Assembly (NCBI GenBank): GCA_963842745.1
Contig: CAWJHO010000003.1
Span: forward strand, 639,544-703,543
DNA length: 64,000 nt
Direction: 5' to 3'
From: an uncultured Acidobacteriota bacterium
GTDB taxonomy: Bacteria; Acidobacteriota; Terriglobia; Acidiferrales; UBA7541
Part shown: positions 26,816 through 36,211 of the stretch, one piece after another
Layout of the letters: the number at the start of each line of letters is the position of its first letter
How positions within the stretch are numbered: position 1 is the stretch's first letter
Translations under genes and position numbers: made by a program
Notes under the pieces: model-generated
Told to the model about the DNA's origin: nothing
Database searches by the model: none
What the model saw: only the letters and a program-made list of their open reading frames with translations

Positions 26816-29800
26816 ATGGCCTACAACAAGAGCAAATTCGTTGAAGCCGCACAAAAGCTGCTGAACCAGGGCAAGGTGGCGCAAGCCATCGCCGAATATC
26901 AGCAGATCCTGAAATACGAGCCGCGGGATCAAGTTACCCTGATGACCGTCGGGGAGTTGTACATCCGGCAGGGCGAAACATTTCAGGCCATCGATTACTT
27001 CGAGCGGCTCGCGCAACTCTTCGTCAGCGATGGTTTCCTGACGAAGGCCATCGCTGTTTACAAGCGCATCGCGAAACTTGCCCCAGAAGAAATTCGCCCG
27101 CTCGAAAAACTGGCTGACCTGTACGTGCAGCAAGGGGTCATGAGCGAGGCGCGGCCGCTCTTCCTGCAGCTCGCCGAACTCCACCTGAAAAACAACAAGC
27201 AGCCGGAAGCGGTGGCGCTGCTGAAAAAGCTTCTGCTGGCGGAACCCGATAACCTGCGGATCCAGATCCGCCTGGCCGATCTTTATCAGGCCATGGGGCA
27301 GTCCGGGGAAGCCCTGGAAACGTACATTTCCGCGTCGCAGCGTGCCCTGGCCCGCGGCGAGCAGCAGGAATGTGAAAAGCTTGCGGACAAAGCGCTGCAG
27401 ATCAGCCCGAAAAACCTGGATGCCCTGATCATCAAGGCGAGAGCGTTCACGGCCGCCGGGAAAACCACCCAGGCTGCGGAGATTCTGGAGCGCGTGCCGG
27501 ACCTCGAAAAGGGCGGCGAGCCGGCTGAACTGCTGATGGATTTGTACCTGAAGAATGCCAAGTGGGACGAAGCCACGTCCCTGGCGCTTAAGATTTTCTC
27601 CTCCGACGAAAAGAACTTCACAGCAACGCAGAAGGTCACGGAAGCGCTCTTGGAGTCCGGACAAGGCGAGCGCGCCATGTCTGTGCTTTCGCGCATTCGC
27701 ATCCCGATGATTGATGCCGGGGAGCACGAAGGCGTGGTGCACCTGCTGACTGAGCTGGCGGAGCGGCTGCCCGGCCGGCTGGAACCGCTTGAATGGTTGG
27801 TGGACACCTACGGCCGTACCAGCGACTCTTTCCGCCTGCCCGATGCCCTGGCTCACCTTGGCGATGCGTTGGTCGCCGCAGGAAAACTCCAGCGGGCCAA
27901 GGACGTTTTCCAAAAACTGGTGGACCGCGAGCCGGAAAGCGATTCGCCGAAACGCAAGCTGAATGACGTGCTTCGCAAGATGGGAGTTCTGCCAGGAGAA
28001 CCGCCGCCATCAGAAGCGAAGCCGGTGGAAGCACACGAGACGCTGCAGGCTGAATTGCCCGAGGCACACGCACCGAAAGTGCGGCCAGATCTGGAGCCGG
28101 AGATTCCCGAGGTGTCGGCGCAGACAACGGCGTCCTCGCCTGCCGAGCCGGAACTCGACGAAGAGACCCAGAAGTTCATCGCGCAATCCCTGACGGACGT
28201 CGATCTTTTTGCCAGCTACGGGCTGACGCAGAAGGCCATCGGACTGCTCGAAGCAATTTTGCGGCGCGCGCCGACGCACACGCCGACCCTCGAAAAATTG
28301 CTGGATTTCGTGCTGGGAGCCGGCGACGACCGGCGCACCGCGGAGCTCGCCGCGCAGCTCGAACACATTCATGCCGAACACGGGGACGTGCGCAGCAGCG
28401 AACGCTTTGGCGAGCTGCGACGCAGGTTCCAGCGCGCGGCTGGTTTGACGGATGACGAAATCGCCGCCGCCGTCACGGCAGCCATGCCACAACCCGTTGA
28501 AACCGAGCCCGTCGCAGAGTCGGCCACCGGGGTTTCGGCAGAAGGTGCCAAGGAGCTCCCCGTCGAGGCCAGTGCCGAGCCGGTCGCGGAAGTAGCTGCC
28601 CCGCCCGCGGAAACCCGTCCGGTCGCACCACATCCCGCCGCTGAAGTGGGGGCGGAGATACCCAGAATTGAGATTATCAAGCCGCTGCCGGAAGTGGCTG
28701 ACGTCCAGCCTGTCTCCGCGTCCGAAGAAGTCGACCTCTCTTCCGAATGGGCTTCGTTACCGGAAGAGACAAAGGAGCCGGGACACAAGGCAGAAGGTGC
28801 ATCGGCCGTTCCGAAGGTCGCTGCTCCGTCGAACGTGGAAGGAGTGGAGCTGCCCGATTTAGTGCTCGAAGATGAGACGCCGGTGCAGGTTCCAGATGAG
28901 TTGCTGCCCCACGAGATCCTAGTGTCCCCGACCGATGACATCGGGACGCCGCAAATTGCGGTGCCCACGGACGCCGACAATCCCGAAGACTGGACCAGTC
29001 CGCTGGAGGAAATTTCCGCAGGGGCGCCCGCTTCGCCAGCAAGTGCTCCAACCGCGCCGAGTGCGCCGCAGGCCGCGGAAATCGCTGCTCAACACAAGGA
29101 ACTGCTGCCGGACGAAGAATTGACCGCGTTGCCGCTGCCGGAACACGGCGAAGTGGCGGCCGAAGGGCCAGAACCCGCCCTGGAACTGCCGCAGGCAGCA
29201 CTGCCCAAGCCTCTGCCCGCAGAGCCTGAATTCGAACTCGATCAGGAATTCGAGTTGGTGATCGAGCCGGAACCCGTCGTGCCGGCCCACGAGATGTTGG
29301 GGCAGGTGCCGACTCTCCCGAAAAAGGAAGAACCCGCAAAGGGTACGCCTCCGGAAAAGCCCGGACCCAGGAAACAAGTTCCCGCGGGTGTTCCGTCGAA
29401 TGGAAACGCATTCACTTCCGAAGATTTCATGGCGGACCTGGCGAAAGAGATCGATCAGCTGGGCATGGGCAAACTGACGCCACCCGCCCCTGTCGAGCCG
29501 GAACCCACCACACCGGCTGCGAAAAAGGAAGAATTGTCCACGGAGCACGCCGGAGTAAACGCTGAGTCCGCCCCGCTTCGGGAAGTCTTTGAAGAATTCC
29601 GCGCGGAACTCGGCGAGATGGGCGCCGAAGACGAGGATCTGGAGACCCACTACAATCTCGGCATTGCCTTCCGCGAAATGGGCCTGCTCGAAGAAGCCAT
29701 CGGCGAGTTCCAGAAGGTAGCCAAAGCCAACGATCGCGGAAAGGCCTTCCGCTATGCCATGCAGTGCTGCACGCTGCTGGGCCTCGCGTTCATGGAAAAG

Positions 29801-30022
29801 GGCCAACCGAGCATCGCGGCCATATGGTACGAACGCGCGCTGCAGACCCCCGGGATCGACGCGGAAAGTAAACTCGCCTTGCGGTATGATTTGGGAGTGG
29901 CCCAGGAGTCGGCCGGCGATCTGGATACGGCACTCAAGAGCTTTTCCCAGGTCTATGCGGTGAACATCGATTATCGCGACGTTGCCGAACGCATCAGTGC
30001 GCTTCAAAAACCCGCTCGCTGA
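26816..30022 (+). CDS. 1068-aa TPR-repeat protein with a long acidic Pro/Glu/Ala-rich linker
   Basis: TPR-like helical repeats at the N-terminus (about aa 1-375 and 445-520) and the C-terminus (about aa 905-1060). The region between is low-complexity PEA-rich sequence. Confidence 0.85.
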   Translation: MAYNKSKFVEAAQKLLNQGKVAQAIAEYQQILKYEPRDQVTLMTVGELYIRQGETFQAIDYFERLAQLFVSDGFLTKAIAVYKRIAKLAPEEIRPLEKLADLYVQQGVMSEARPLFLQLAELHLKNNKQPEAVALLKKLLLAEPDNLRIQIRLADLYQAMGQSGEALETYISASQRALARGEQQECEKLADKALQISPKNLDALIIKARAFTAAGKTTQAAEILERVPDLEKGGEPAELLMDLYLKNAKWDEATSLALKIFSSDEKNFTATQKVTEALLESGQGERAMSVLSRIRIPMIDAGEHEGVVHLLTELAERLPGRLEPLEWLVDTYGRTSDSFRLPDALAHLGDALVAAGKLQRAKDVFQKLVDREPESDSPKRKLNDVLRKMGVLPGEPPPSEAKPVEAHETLQAELPEAHAPKVRPDLEPEIPEVSAQTTASSPAEPELDEETQKFIAQSLTDVDLFASYGLTQKAIGLLEAILRRAPTHTPTLEKLLDFVLGAGDDRRTAELAAQLEHIHAEHGDVRSSERFGELRRRFQRAAGLTDDEIAAAVTAAMPQPVETEPVAESATGVSAEGAKELPVEASAEPVAEVAAPPAETRPVAPHPAAEVGAEIPRIEIIKPLPEVADVQPVSASEEVDLSSEWASLPEETKEPGHKAEGASAVPKVAAPSNVEGVELPDLVLEDETPVQVPDELLPHEILVSPTDDIGTPQIAVPTDADNPEDWTSPLEEISAGAPASPASAPTAPSAPQAAEIAAQHKELLPDEELTALPLPEHGEVAAEGPEPALELPQAALPKPLPAEPEFELDQEFELVIEPEPVVPAHEMLGQVPTLPKKEEPAKGTPPEKPGPRKQVPAGVPSNGNAFTSEDFMADLAKEIDQLGMGKLTPPAPVEPEPTTPAAKKEELSTEHAGVNAESAPLREVFEEFRAELGEMGAEDEDLETHYNLGIAFREMGLLEEAIGEFQKVAKANDRGKAFRYAMQCCTLLGLAFMEKGQPSIAAIWYERALQTPGIDAESKLALRYDLGVAQESAGDLDTALKSFSQVYAVNIDYRDVAERISALQKPAR

Positions 30023-30049
30023 CCACAGGTCCAAACTTAGCCAGGGGTC

Positions 30050-30310
30050 ATGCATTCCTCGATGAACCGCATTCTGCGCGCCTTGACCGTCGTGTTGTTG
30101 TTTGAAATGGGTGCGCTGTTGCTCTACCTGCCGTGGTCCGCCTTCTGGGAACAGAACTACTTCCTGCATCGCTTCCCCTGGCTGATACCCTTTGTGCTGC
30201 ATCCCTCGATGCGCGGGATTGTTAGCGGCATCGGCGTGCTGGACATCTTCGTGGCCTTCGGCCTTTTCAATTCGCGCCCTGCGCCGGTCCCGCCCGGATC
30301 CAATTCGTGA
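30050..30310 (+). CDS. small membrane protein (86 aa, 2-3 TM)
   Basis: Hydrophobic segments ALTVVLLFEMGALLLYL and GIVSGIGVLDIFVAFGLF. It starts 27 nt after the TPR gene. Confidence 0.6.
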   Translation: MHSSMNRILRALTVVLLFEMGALLLYLPWSAFWEQNYFLHRFPWLIPFVLHPSMRGIVSGIGVLDIFVAFGLFNSRPAPVPPGSNS

Positions 30311-30382
30311 CTTGCGGTTTTGCTCGGTGGCTAATCGGAAGGCGTCGTCCGCCTCGCCGGAGCGCCGTGTCTAATAGGCTTT

Positions 30383-30850
30383 TCAGCGCACCATCAAGCG
30401 GCGAAGCAGCCGGATTTGCCCTGCGTGATAGATATCGTGGAGGGCGATGCCGTAGAACATGCGGAGAAGTTTTCTCGAAGGGTTCGTCTTCAAAACGCGG
30501 CGCACGCTTTGCTCCAGGGCGCGATGTTCTTTCTCGAGCAGGGCGAGATCGGCGCGCCAGGCTGCTTCCCTGGCCTTGCCTTTTTCGGGCCGCGTGAAGA
30601 AATTGCTCCCCTTCAGGGCAAACGAGCCGCGCTTTCCCCCTTCGATCCTGCGGCGCACCGCATATTTCCAATACGCGGCGTGAAGCGCGAGTTCCCAGAC
30701 ATTGTGACGCCCTTGAGCAGGGCGCCAAGCCGCCTGTTTCGCACGGACGCCTTTCAACGATTGCTGCAGATTGGGCCCATGCCAGGCGGATCGTGTGAAC
30801 CCCTCCGCAAGCAACGCGAGAAGCAACTCATTCTTGTCCATGGCGGTCAC
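30383..30850 (-). CDS. DinB-family (four-helix bundle) protein
   Basis: 155 aa. Conserved His pattern (WELALHAAYW ... HDIYHAGQI) typical of DinB_2. Confidence 0.85.
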   Translation of the reverse strand: MTAMDKNELLLALLAEGFTRSAWHGPNLQQSLKGVRAKQAAWRPAQGRHNVWELALHAAYWKYAVRRRIEGGKRGSFALKGSNFFTRPEKGKAREAAWRADLALLEKEHRALEQSVRRVLKTNPSRKLLRMFYGIALHDIYHAGQIRLLRRLMVR

Positions 30851-30953
30851 CCCAACTCCTTCGCCTCGATTTTAGTGATGAATCCACCTCGGTACACAAG
30901 CGCAACCGGATAACCAGCCCGATTAGGTCAGGCATCGTAACGGACCCAACAAG

Positions 30954-30993
30954 AAATGCGGACTCCTCAATAACAGGGTCTGTATCCGCATTT
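30954..30993 (-). terminator. possible terminator after the diguanylate cyclase gene
   Basis: 9-bp stem AAATGCGGA / TCCGCATTT with a long 22-nt loop and short T-runs on both sides. Weak call. Confidence 0.3.
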
Positions 30994-31067
30994 TACACAA
31001 TCGCACACGCGCTTGGAGCAGTGGAACGGGGATCGAGGTGACCGCTAAAGGGATGTACCGCGAAGTG

Positions 31068-32294
31068 TCAATCGGCCTGGGCAGTGTGCCAGCGGAGCGT
31101 CTTCTTATTTCGATACAGGCGGTGATCCGCCGCTTCCAGAAGATCCTGGGGCGATTGACCATCTTCCGGGTAAACCGCCGAACCGATACTGACGGACAAC
31201 CGTGGCTCATCGGGCTCCTCGCTCAGGCGATTGCCGATGCGCTGCGCGATCTGCTGGACCCTCTCCGTGTCCGCGTCAATCAGCAGGATCGCGAACTCGT
31301 CGCCGCCGTAACGCGCGGCAACATCGGACGCGCGGCAATTCTCTTTCATGATGCGCGCCAGGCGCCTCAGGGCGCGGTTGCCGGCCAGATGGCCCAGGCG
31401 GTCATTGATGCCCTTCAGGTCGTCCAGGTCGAGAAGCAGCAGCCCAAAAGAGTGATGGCTGCGCTCGGCGCGGAGGACCTCCTTTTCCAGGCTGCCATAG
31501 AATTCGCGATAGTTGACGAGTCCGGTCAGGCCGTCATGCGTTGCCTGGTGGCGGATTTCCTCCTCTGTTTTCTTTCGCTCAGTGATGTCCAAAGCCACGC
31601 CGATGCACCCAAGAATGGTCCCATCGGAGTCTCGAAGGGGCTCGAGGCTGATGTCGAACACATGATTGCGGCGCTTGTACTCGAATCGTGAGGAGACTCC
31701 GTGCAGGGCGGCGAGGTGCTGCTTCAACGGCGCTTCTTCGTCTCGCGGGCAGCGCAAGAATTCATGAATCGTCTGTCCGATGGCTTTCGGTTGCATCCTC
31801 CGATGGACGCCCAGCATGGAACCCCAGTGCGAAGTGATGCGCAGGCGCTGGTCCGTGGTCCAGAAAAGCACCGGCATCTGCTGGACCATTAGCCGGAAGT
31901 GAGTTTGCGCGGCGGCGCCCGCAGGGACGCTGGGAAGCGGCCGAGTTCTTTCAAGGACTCCCAGAATATCCCCGCTTGCCGCACGTATCAGGGATCTCTG
32001 CAAGTGGATGGGTACGCGCAAGCCTTCCTTGTGGAGGCGCTCGGTGGCCTCCGCCTCACTGGACTCGATGCGTAACGGGCTTTGCAGCAACTCCTCAAGG
32101 GCCGGCAATTCGTATAGCGGCAGAAGCTGCGTGATGGACTTTCCCAAAACCTCCGCCTCAGTGAAGCCATAGAGATCCTGCGCGGCGCGGTTCCACAAAA
32201 CAATGGTGCCATCCGTTCGGAAGCCCACCAGGGCCTCGTCAGATCCGGCGAGGAGGTGTTCCAACAGAGGTTCAGAAGGTAGCGTCATGCACAT
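31068..32294 (-). CDS. PAS-PAS-GGDEF diguanylate cyclase
   Basis: 408 aa with two PAS-like segments and a GGDEF domain containing RYGGDEFAILL. Confidence 0.9.
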   Translation of the reverse strand: MCMTLPSEPLLEHLLAGSDEALVGFRTDGTIVLWNRAAQDLYGFTEAEVLGKSITQLLPLYELPALEELLQSPLRIESSEAEATERLHKEGLRVPIHLQRSLIRAASGDILGVLERTRPLPSVPAGAAAQTHFRLMVQQMPVLFWTTDQRLRITSHWGSMLGVHRRMQPKAIGQTIHEFLRCPRDEEAPLKQHLAALHGVSSRFEYKRRNHVFDISLEPLRDSDGTILGCIGVALDITERKKTEEEIRHQATHDGLTGLVNYREFYGSLEKEVLRAERSHHSFGLLLLDLDDLKGINDRLGHLAGNRALRRLARIMKENCRASDVAARYGGDEFAILLIDADTERVQQIAQRIGNRLSEEPDEPRLSVSIGSAVYPEDGQSPQDLLEAADHRLYRNKKTLRWHTAQAD

Positions 32295-32558
32295 AGTTCA
32301 TCCCAATGCTGCCTAAGCAAGAAATATACGCGCAAACGGCACCGGGAGGGAGTCGCCGTGAAGCAGGGCAAAAACCTGGGGGCGAGAGGGGGAAGCCCGT
32401 CAGGAGGAGCTCAGGTACCCAAACAGCAGAATGTAGGAGCAAGCTTAGCACCGAAGTGGAGAGAGAGTGGGGGAAGAATGGCGACGCAGTGAGGGAAGAA
32501 CCAAGGACGATCTAGTTGCACATTATTTGCATCACATATGGGGCCTTGTTAGTCTTAT

Positions 32559-33479
32559 TTGATGCGCTCCTCATCCCGTAACTCTTTCTGTTTGATTGGA
32601 CTACGCTCAGTAGTCTTTGTTCTCGGCGTGCTAACTGTGTCAGTTTTTTCTTCTGCTATCCGATCCCAAGAAAGCCCCTATATCGTTGCTTATGACCACA
32701 ATCTCGAAGAACCGGGAAGTTTGGACGTCGAATACTTCTCCTCTTTTGGAACGCAGCGTGGCGGACCGGATTTTCATGCCTACTGGGCAGAAATGGAATA
32801 TGGCGCAACCGCCTGGTGGACCACCGAGCTGTACCTCGACGGTCAGACAACTTTCGGCGAAAGTACCCTGTTCACGGGCTATCGCTGGGAGAACCGCTTT
32901 CGCCCGCTGAAAAACGAGCACCTGATCAACCCGGTCCTTTACGTGGAATTTGAGAACATCAATGGGGCCGACAAGATCCTGAAAGAAGTTGAAGGGCACG
33001 ATGTAGAAGCTGACTACGCCGTGCCCAACGCCGTGGCGCGCCAGGAACGCACGCGCGAGATGGAGTTCAAACTCATACTCTCCAGCAACTACAAAGGTTG
33101 GAACTTCACAGAGAACACAATCGCCACGAAGAACTTGAGTAACGAACCCTGGGAATTCGGCTATGCGATGGGAGCCAGCCGGCCGCTGGCGATGAAGGGC
33201 GCGGCGCACCGCTGCAACTTCTGCCGGCAACATTTTGTTACAGGGGTTGAACTCTACGGCGGGCTGGGCGACCGGTACGGCTTCGGCCTGAATAACACAT
33301 CGCACTACTTAGGTGCGGGGCTGGCATGGAACCTCCCATCCGGCTGGACGTTCCGGATCGAGCCCACCTTCGGGCTCAATGACAACAGCCACCAGTTCCT
33401 GTTGCGCTGGGGGATTTCACGCGAGTTTTCGGGATTTGGCAGCATGGTCACCGGGCTGTTTAAAGGGAATGGGAATTGA
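32559..33479 (+). CDS. secreted protein, probable outer-membrane beta-barrel
   Basis: Signal-like N-terminus. Alternating hydrophobic/aromatic beta-strand pattern throughout (e.g. WWTTELYLDG, MEFKLILSSNY, WTFRIEPTFGL). No family recognised. Confidence 0.75.
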   Translation: MMRSSSRNSFCLIGLRSVVFVLGVLTVSVFSSAIRSQESPYIVAYDHNLEEPGSLDVEYFSSFGTQRGGPDFHAYWAEMEYGATAWWTTELYLDGQTTFGESTLFTGYRWENRFRPLKNEHLINPVLYVEFENINGADKILKEVEGHDVEADYAVPNAVARQERTREMEFKLILSSNYKGWNFTENTIATKNLSNEPWEFGYAMGASRPLAMKGAAHRCNFCRQHFVTGVELYGGLGDRYGFGLNNTSHYLGAGLAWNLPSGWTFRIEPTFGLNDNSHQFLLRWGISREFSGFGSMVTGLFKGNGN

Positions 33480-33922
33480 AACGCTACCAATTTGAAATTG
33501 TCAGTCTGCTACTGTTAAGCGGAGTCATTGCAACGGCAGGCCCGCAGGAGAAGCCAAAGCGCTCCGGGCAGGAATCCGTCTACGATGAACTGAAAAAGGT
33601 TCCCGACAAATATAGCGGGAAGACCAACCCACTGGCGAATGATGCGGATGCGGTGGCCGCGGGAGGAGTCCTGTTCGAAGAACACTGCGAGGAGTGCCAC
33701 GGGAAAGAAGGGATGGGCGGCAAAAAAGCGCCGAGCCTGAGAGCCGAGGAGGTGCAGAATGCCTCGCCGGGCGCGATTTTTTGGATTTTAACGAACGGTG
33801 TGGTGCGCAAAAGAATGCCGGTGTGGTCGAAACTCCCGGAGCCAGAACGCTGGCAGTTAGTGCGCTACATCAAATCGCTGGGAATAGCTTCCGCACGAGC
33901 TTCGCAGTCAGGCAAACCTTAG
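33476..33922 (+). CDS. monohaem c-type cytochrome (class I)
   Basis: Signal peptide, a single CEECH haem-binding motif and a downstream RMPVW (candidate Met ligand). Its TTG start overlaps the upstream stop (TTGA). Confidence 0.85.
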   Translation: MKRYQFEIVSLLLLSGVIATAGPQEKPKRSGQESVYDELKKVPDKYSGKTNPLANDADAVAAGGVLFEEHCEECHGKEGMGGKKAPSLRAEEVQNASPGAIFWILTNGVVRKRMPVWSKLPEPERWQLVRYIKSLGIASARASQSGKP

Positions 33923-34905
33923 TTTCCTGGCGGAGATGGCTTTGCAGCGTCATTGAGAATCATGGCCAGCCGCAGACCCGCTTGCGCCAGGCGCTTCTCG
34001 ACCACGGCTGCGGCGGCATCCTGGTATGCCTGGTTGGCAGTCAACTGCATCTGGAACAACCGCTCACCCACGTGATTGTCGTCAGCGCAAGAATGCACGG
34101 AAACGGGCGCTTCCACCGGAACCTTGGGCTGCAATTCAGCGTAGGCCACGGATTCCGCCAAGTCGTGGCTCTCCCAGGTCCAATCTGCGATGTGTATCCC
34201 CGCCTTCTGCCATTGCTCCAATTCACTGCTGAACGATTGCTCGAGATAATCCGCGAATTCTGCAGGATCGGCGCCTTCCATGTCGCGTTCGAGGATGGCG
34301 GTATCCCAAATCGCGTGGAGATTTGGCGAAAAGGAGTCGTGCGACTGGTGCGGCCCGCGCCGCAGGTAATGCACGGGCACACAGTTGCCGCCCAGATCGT
34401 TGTTGGTGGAGGCATGCAAAGGCATGTGCAGATCGGCGACAAAGTGGACAACATAGCGGAGGGCCTCGGCGCGCTTGCGTGGTTCCGCGTGGCTGTCCTT
34501 GAGAACGGCCCATTGCTCGGAAATAGCCTTCGTGACGCAGCCCTGTGCGCCGCAATATTCCTCAAGCGGATGGCGGGGAGCCCCGCGCGGAATATCGATG
34601 TAATGCCAAGTACCATTGTTGCGTTCATTGCGCACGTCGTCCGGCCAGGTGGAACCGTCCGCCAGCAAATCGTGAATCGAAGAACCGCAATAGCGCTTGA
34701 CTTGTGGATCGATCGGATTCTCTTCAAGGAGTTTCTCAACCAAATGGCGCGCTTCCGGTGTGAGGTGCCTTTCGGCAATTAGGGCCACGGTCTGATGGCC
34801 CTTGCATCCCCAGGCAACGGCCTGCGGAGTTCCGGCGGCCATACCGAGGAGAAGAAGAATTGCGGCGCCGATAAGCAAGCGTACAGATCTCAATTCGTTT
34901 GCCAT
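33919..34905 (-). CDS. S1/P1 nuclease family protein, secreted
   Basis: The mature N-terminus WGCKGHQ, then WPDD, WHYIDIP, HFVADLHMPLH and DLGGN, match the zinc-ligand pattern of S1/P1 nucleases. Confidence 0.9.
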   Translation of the reverse strand: MANELRSVRLLIGAAILLLLGMAAGTPQAVAWGCKGHQTVALIAERHLTPEARHLVEKLLEENPIDPQVKRYCGSSIHDLLADGSTWPDDVRNERNNGTWHYIDIPRGAPRHPLEEYCGAQGCVTKAISEQWAVLKDSHAEPRKRAEALRYVVHFVADLHMPLHASTNNDLGGNCVPVHYLRRGPHQSHDSFSPNLHAIWDTAILERDMEGADPAEFADYLEQSFSSELEQWQKAGIHIADWTWESHDLAESVAYAELQPKVPVEAPVSVHSCADDNHVGERLFQMQLTANQAYQDAAAAVVEKRLAQAGLRLAMILNDAAKPSPPGN

Positions 34906-34930
34906 GTTCTCAATCCCCGAAAATCGGGCG

Positions 34931-36085
34931 CTAGGCGCTCAGCCAGCGCGCCACGGGCTTCGCCGACTCCGTGTGGTCGCAGATAACGCGCAGCGCCGCG
35001 GTGATGGGGATCCCAAGAATGAGCCCCATTCCGCCCCACACCCAGCCCCAGAAGAGCAGCGAGATGGTGATCGCCACGGCGTTCAGGCGCACCTGGCGCC
35101 CCACGAGTTGCGGCGCGATCAGGTTCTGCGCCACGATGTGGATTCCCGTGAGCACAATCGCAATTAGTGCGAAATGGCTGATGGACTTCCACTTCACGAG
35201 AGCCAGAAGAAAAGCAGGGAGCCAGGCGAGCACCGCGCCAATGTACGGCACCATGTTGAGCAGGCCGGAGACGATGCCCGTGAGCACGGGATAATCGAGC
35301 CCAAGCGCGAGAAAGAATATACTGCTGCAGGCGATGACCACCAGCGACACCACCGTCATGCCCACCAGATAATCGCGCAACACATCGCGCAAATCCTCCA
35401 GTGTCTCCTTCACTTGTGTGCGCTGAGCCACGGGAAACAGTTGCAGGGTGCTGTGCCACGCCTCGCGTTTCCCCGCCAGCATGAAGAAAACCAGGAACGG
35501 AACGAACGTGGCCTCCAGAACGAGGGCGTACAACGAACCAATGCCCCGGAGCAGTAAGCTGTGCACGTCGCTGCTGCTGGTACTCGGTACCACGGGCTTC
35601 GGCGTGCCCGCTGGCGTTGTGAGTTCGGTCACGCTTCCTTCGATGCCGCGCAGCTTTCCCTGCACGGAACCCGTTGCCTCCTGGAGGATGCCCCGATACT
35701 TTGGCCAATCCGCGGCAAAATCCGATGTGCGCGTCCACAAGCCGTAACCCACCGAGAAAATCACCGTGATAAGGAGGAGAACCATCACCAGGGCGCCAAT
35801 CGTTCGCGGCATGTGCAGGCGTTCCAGGAACTCCACGGCCGGATCGAGAAAGTAGGCTAGAAGGACGGACAAAAGCAGGGTAATGACGACACCAGCAGCG
35901 TAATAGAAGAAGAGTAGTATGATCGCAGCCGCGACGATGCGCAGGCTGAAACTCGAGCCTGACACGCGATAGACAGTTGGTGGTGTTTCCGGTGTAGACA
36001 CCAGTAACCCCTCTCGCCCAACACGGTAACATACCCGGAGAATTTCGGGGTGGCCCGCAAGGTCGAGGTTACGTGCTATTAACAC
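34931..36085 (-). CDS. AI-2E family transporter (PerM/YhhT, UPF0118)
   Basis: Multi-TM protein with the typical C-terminal GGMGLILGIPITAAL motif. The true start may be internal to the track ORF. Confidence 0.85.
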   Translation of the reverse strand: MLIARNLDLAGHPEILRVCYRVGREGLLVSTPETPPTVYRVSGSSFSLRIVAAAIILLFFYYAAGVVITLLLSVLLAYFLDPAVEFLERLHMPRTIGALVMVLLLITVIFSVGYGLWTRTSDFAADWPKYRGILQEATGSVQGKLRGIEGSVTELTTPAGTPKPVVPSTSSSDVHSLLLRGIGSLYALVLEATFVPFLVFFMLAGKREAWHSTLQLFPVAQRTQVKETLEDLRDVLRDYLVGMTVVSLVVIACSSIFFLALGLDYPVLTGIVSGLLNMVPYIGAVLAWLPAFLLALVKWKSISHFALIAIVLTGIHIVAQNLIAPQLVGRQVRLNAVAITISLLFWGWVWGGMGLILGIPITAALRVICDHTESAKPVARWLSA

Positions 36086-36211
36086 AGGTCGCGAGGGGGG
36101 CCGGAATCTGTGTGAACGCTTTGGAAAACCTCTTCATGAAACCGTAAAGTGCGAATTCGCCCGTATGCTAGACTGCCACGAGGTCACACCCACTCAGGCT
36201 TTCGCGCACGC

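Noticed and set aside
26765-30202. Long minus-strand ORFs (26765..27913, 382 aa; 28919..30202, 427 aa; plus several of 160-240 aa) opposite the TPR gene
   Set aside because: They are antisense to a continuous 1068-codon frame with clear TPR repeats. Low-complexity coding sequence on one strand keeps the other strand open.
32306-32515. 69-aa plus-strand ORF in the purine-rich tract
   Set aside because: The composition (G/R/E/K-rich) simply mirrors the homopurine DNA. There is no SD, and it starts 12 nt from the divergent GGDEF gene start.
34890-36032. 380-aa alternative-frame minus-strand ORF overlapping the AI-2E transporter gene
   Set aside because: The other frame (34931..36085) gives a coherent multi-TM transporter. 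This frame gives Arg/Gly/His-rich sequence.
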